A DNA stretch of 64,000 nucleotides from Trichosphaerium sp. ATCC 40318. Taxonomy: Eukaryota; Protista; Tubulinea. The position numbers and the translations under genes are program-made. Below are positions 63,865-64,000 of this stretch, piece by piece (positions within the stretch are counted from its first letter, which is position 1; each line of letters begins with the position of its first letter). The DNA lies in assembly GCA_038496445.1 (NCBI GenBank), contig JALMLS010000341.1, forward strand, positions 62,001 through 126,000, given 5' to 3'. The notes under the pieces are model-generated. The model had not been told where the DNA came from, ran no database searches, and saw only the letters and a list, made by a program, of their open reading frames with translations.

Positions 63865-64000
63865 TTAGTATGGATTATCTTCTTCAACTTCATCACTATT
63901 AGATTTCTTGTTCTTTTTCTTGTTTTTCTTAGGTTTTCTCAAAAAATCTTCTGCGAATGGATTATCTTCTTCATTTGCACTCAAGTCTTGAATCTAAAAA
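63865..64000 (-). CDS. 3' end of a gene running off the window (EEDNPF/EEDNPY repeats)
   Basis: Open frame ending ...EEDNPY* with an earlier EEDNPFAEDF. Confidence 0.45.

Overview
Gene-dense, AT-rich eukaryotic (protist-like) DNA with many short spliceosomal introns (mostly ~40-100 nt, GT-AG, CTAAC/CTGAC-type branch points), so the ORF track fragments most genes. I reassembled exons by eye and boundaries are approximate. About 28 genes are present. Housekeeping genes include an XRN 5'-3' exoribonuclease, SEL1L/Hrd3, RBBP6/Mpe1, AGFG-type ArfGAP, Rpr2/Rpp21-family protein, extended SDR reductase, JmjC protein, PhoD, an MPT-binding-domain protein and an OGFOD2-like oxygenase. There are also four divergent small GTPases (two are a recent 1.2-kb duplication) and two intronless F-box-like/MORN-variant-repeat genes that look foreign and decayed. 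Most notable: (1) a La-motif + RRM protein ending in a RIG-I C-terminal-domain-like zinc module (43.6-45.1 kb); (2) a triple purine-pathway fusion, degenerate PAICS-type PurC + class I PurE + PurK (48.4-51.9 kb); (3) a ~2-kb repeat island (59.8-61.8 kb) with iterated motifs, inverted repeats carrying a covarying hairpin, and a His-Cys-box (I-PpoI-like) nuclease ORF between 46-bp direct repeats; (4) an RGS-LRR-FYVE protein whose RGS part is missed by the ORF track. Family assignments rest on motifs recalled from memory, and no searches were run.
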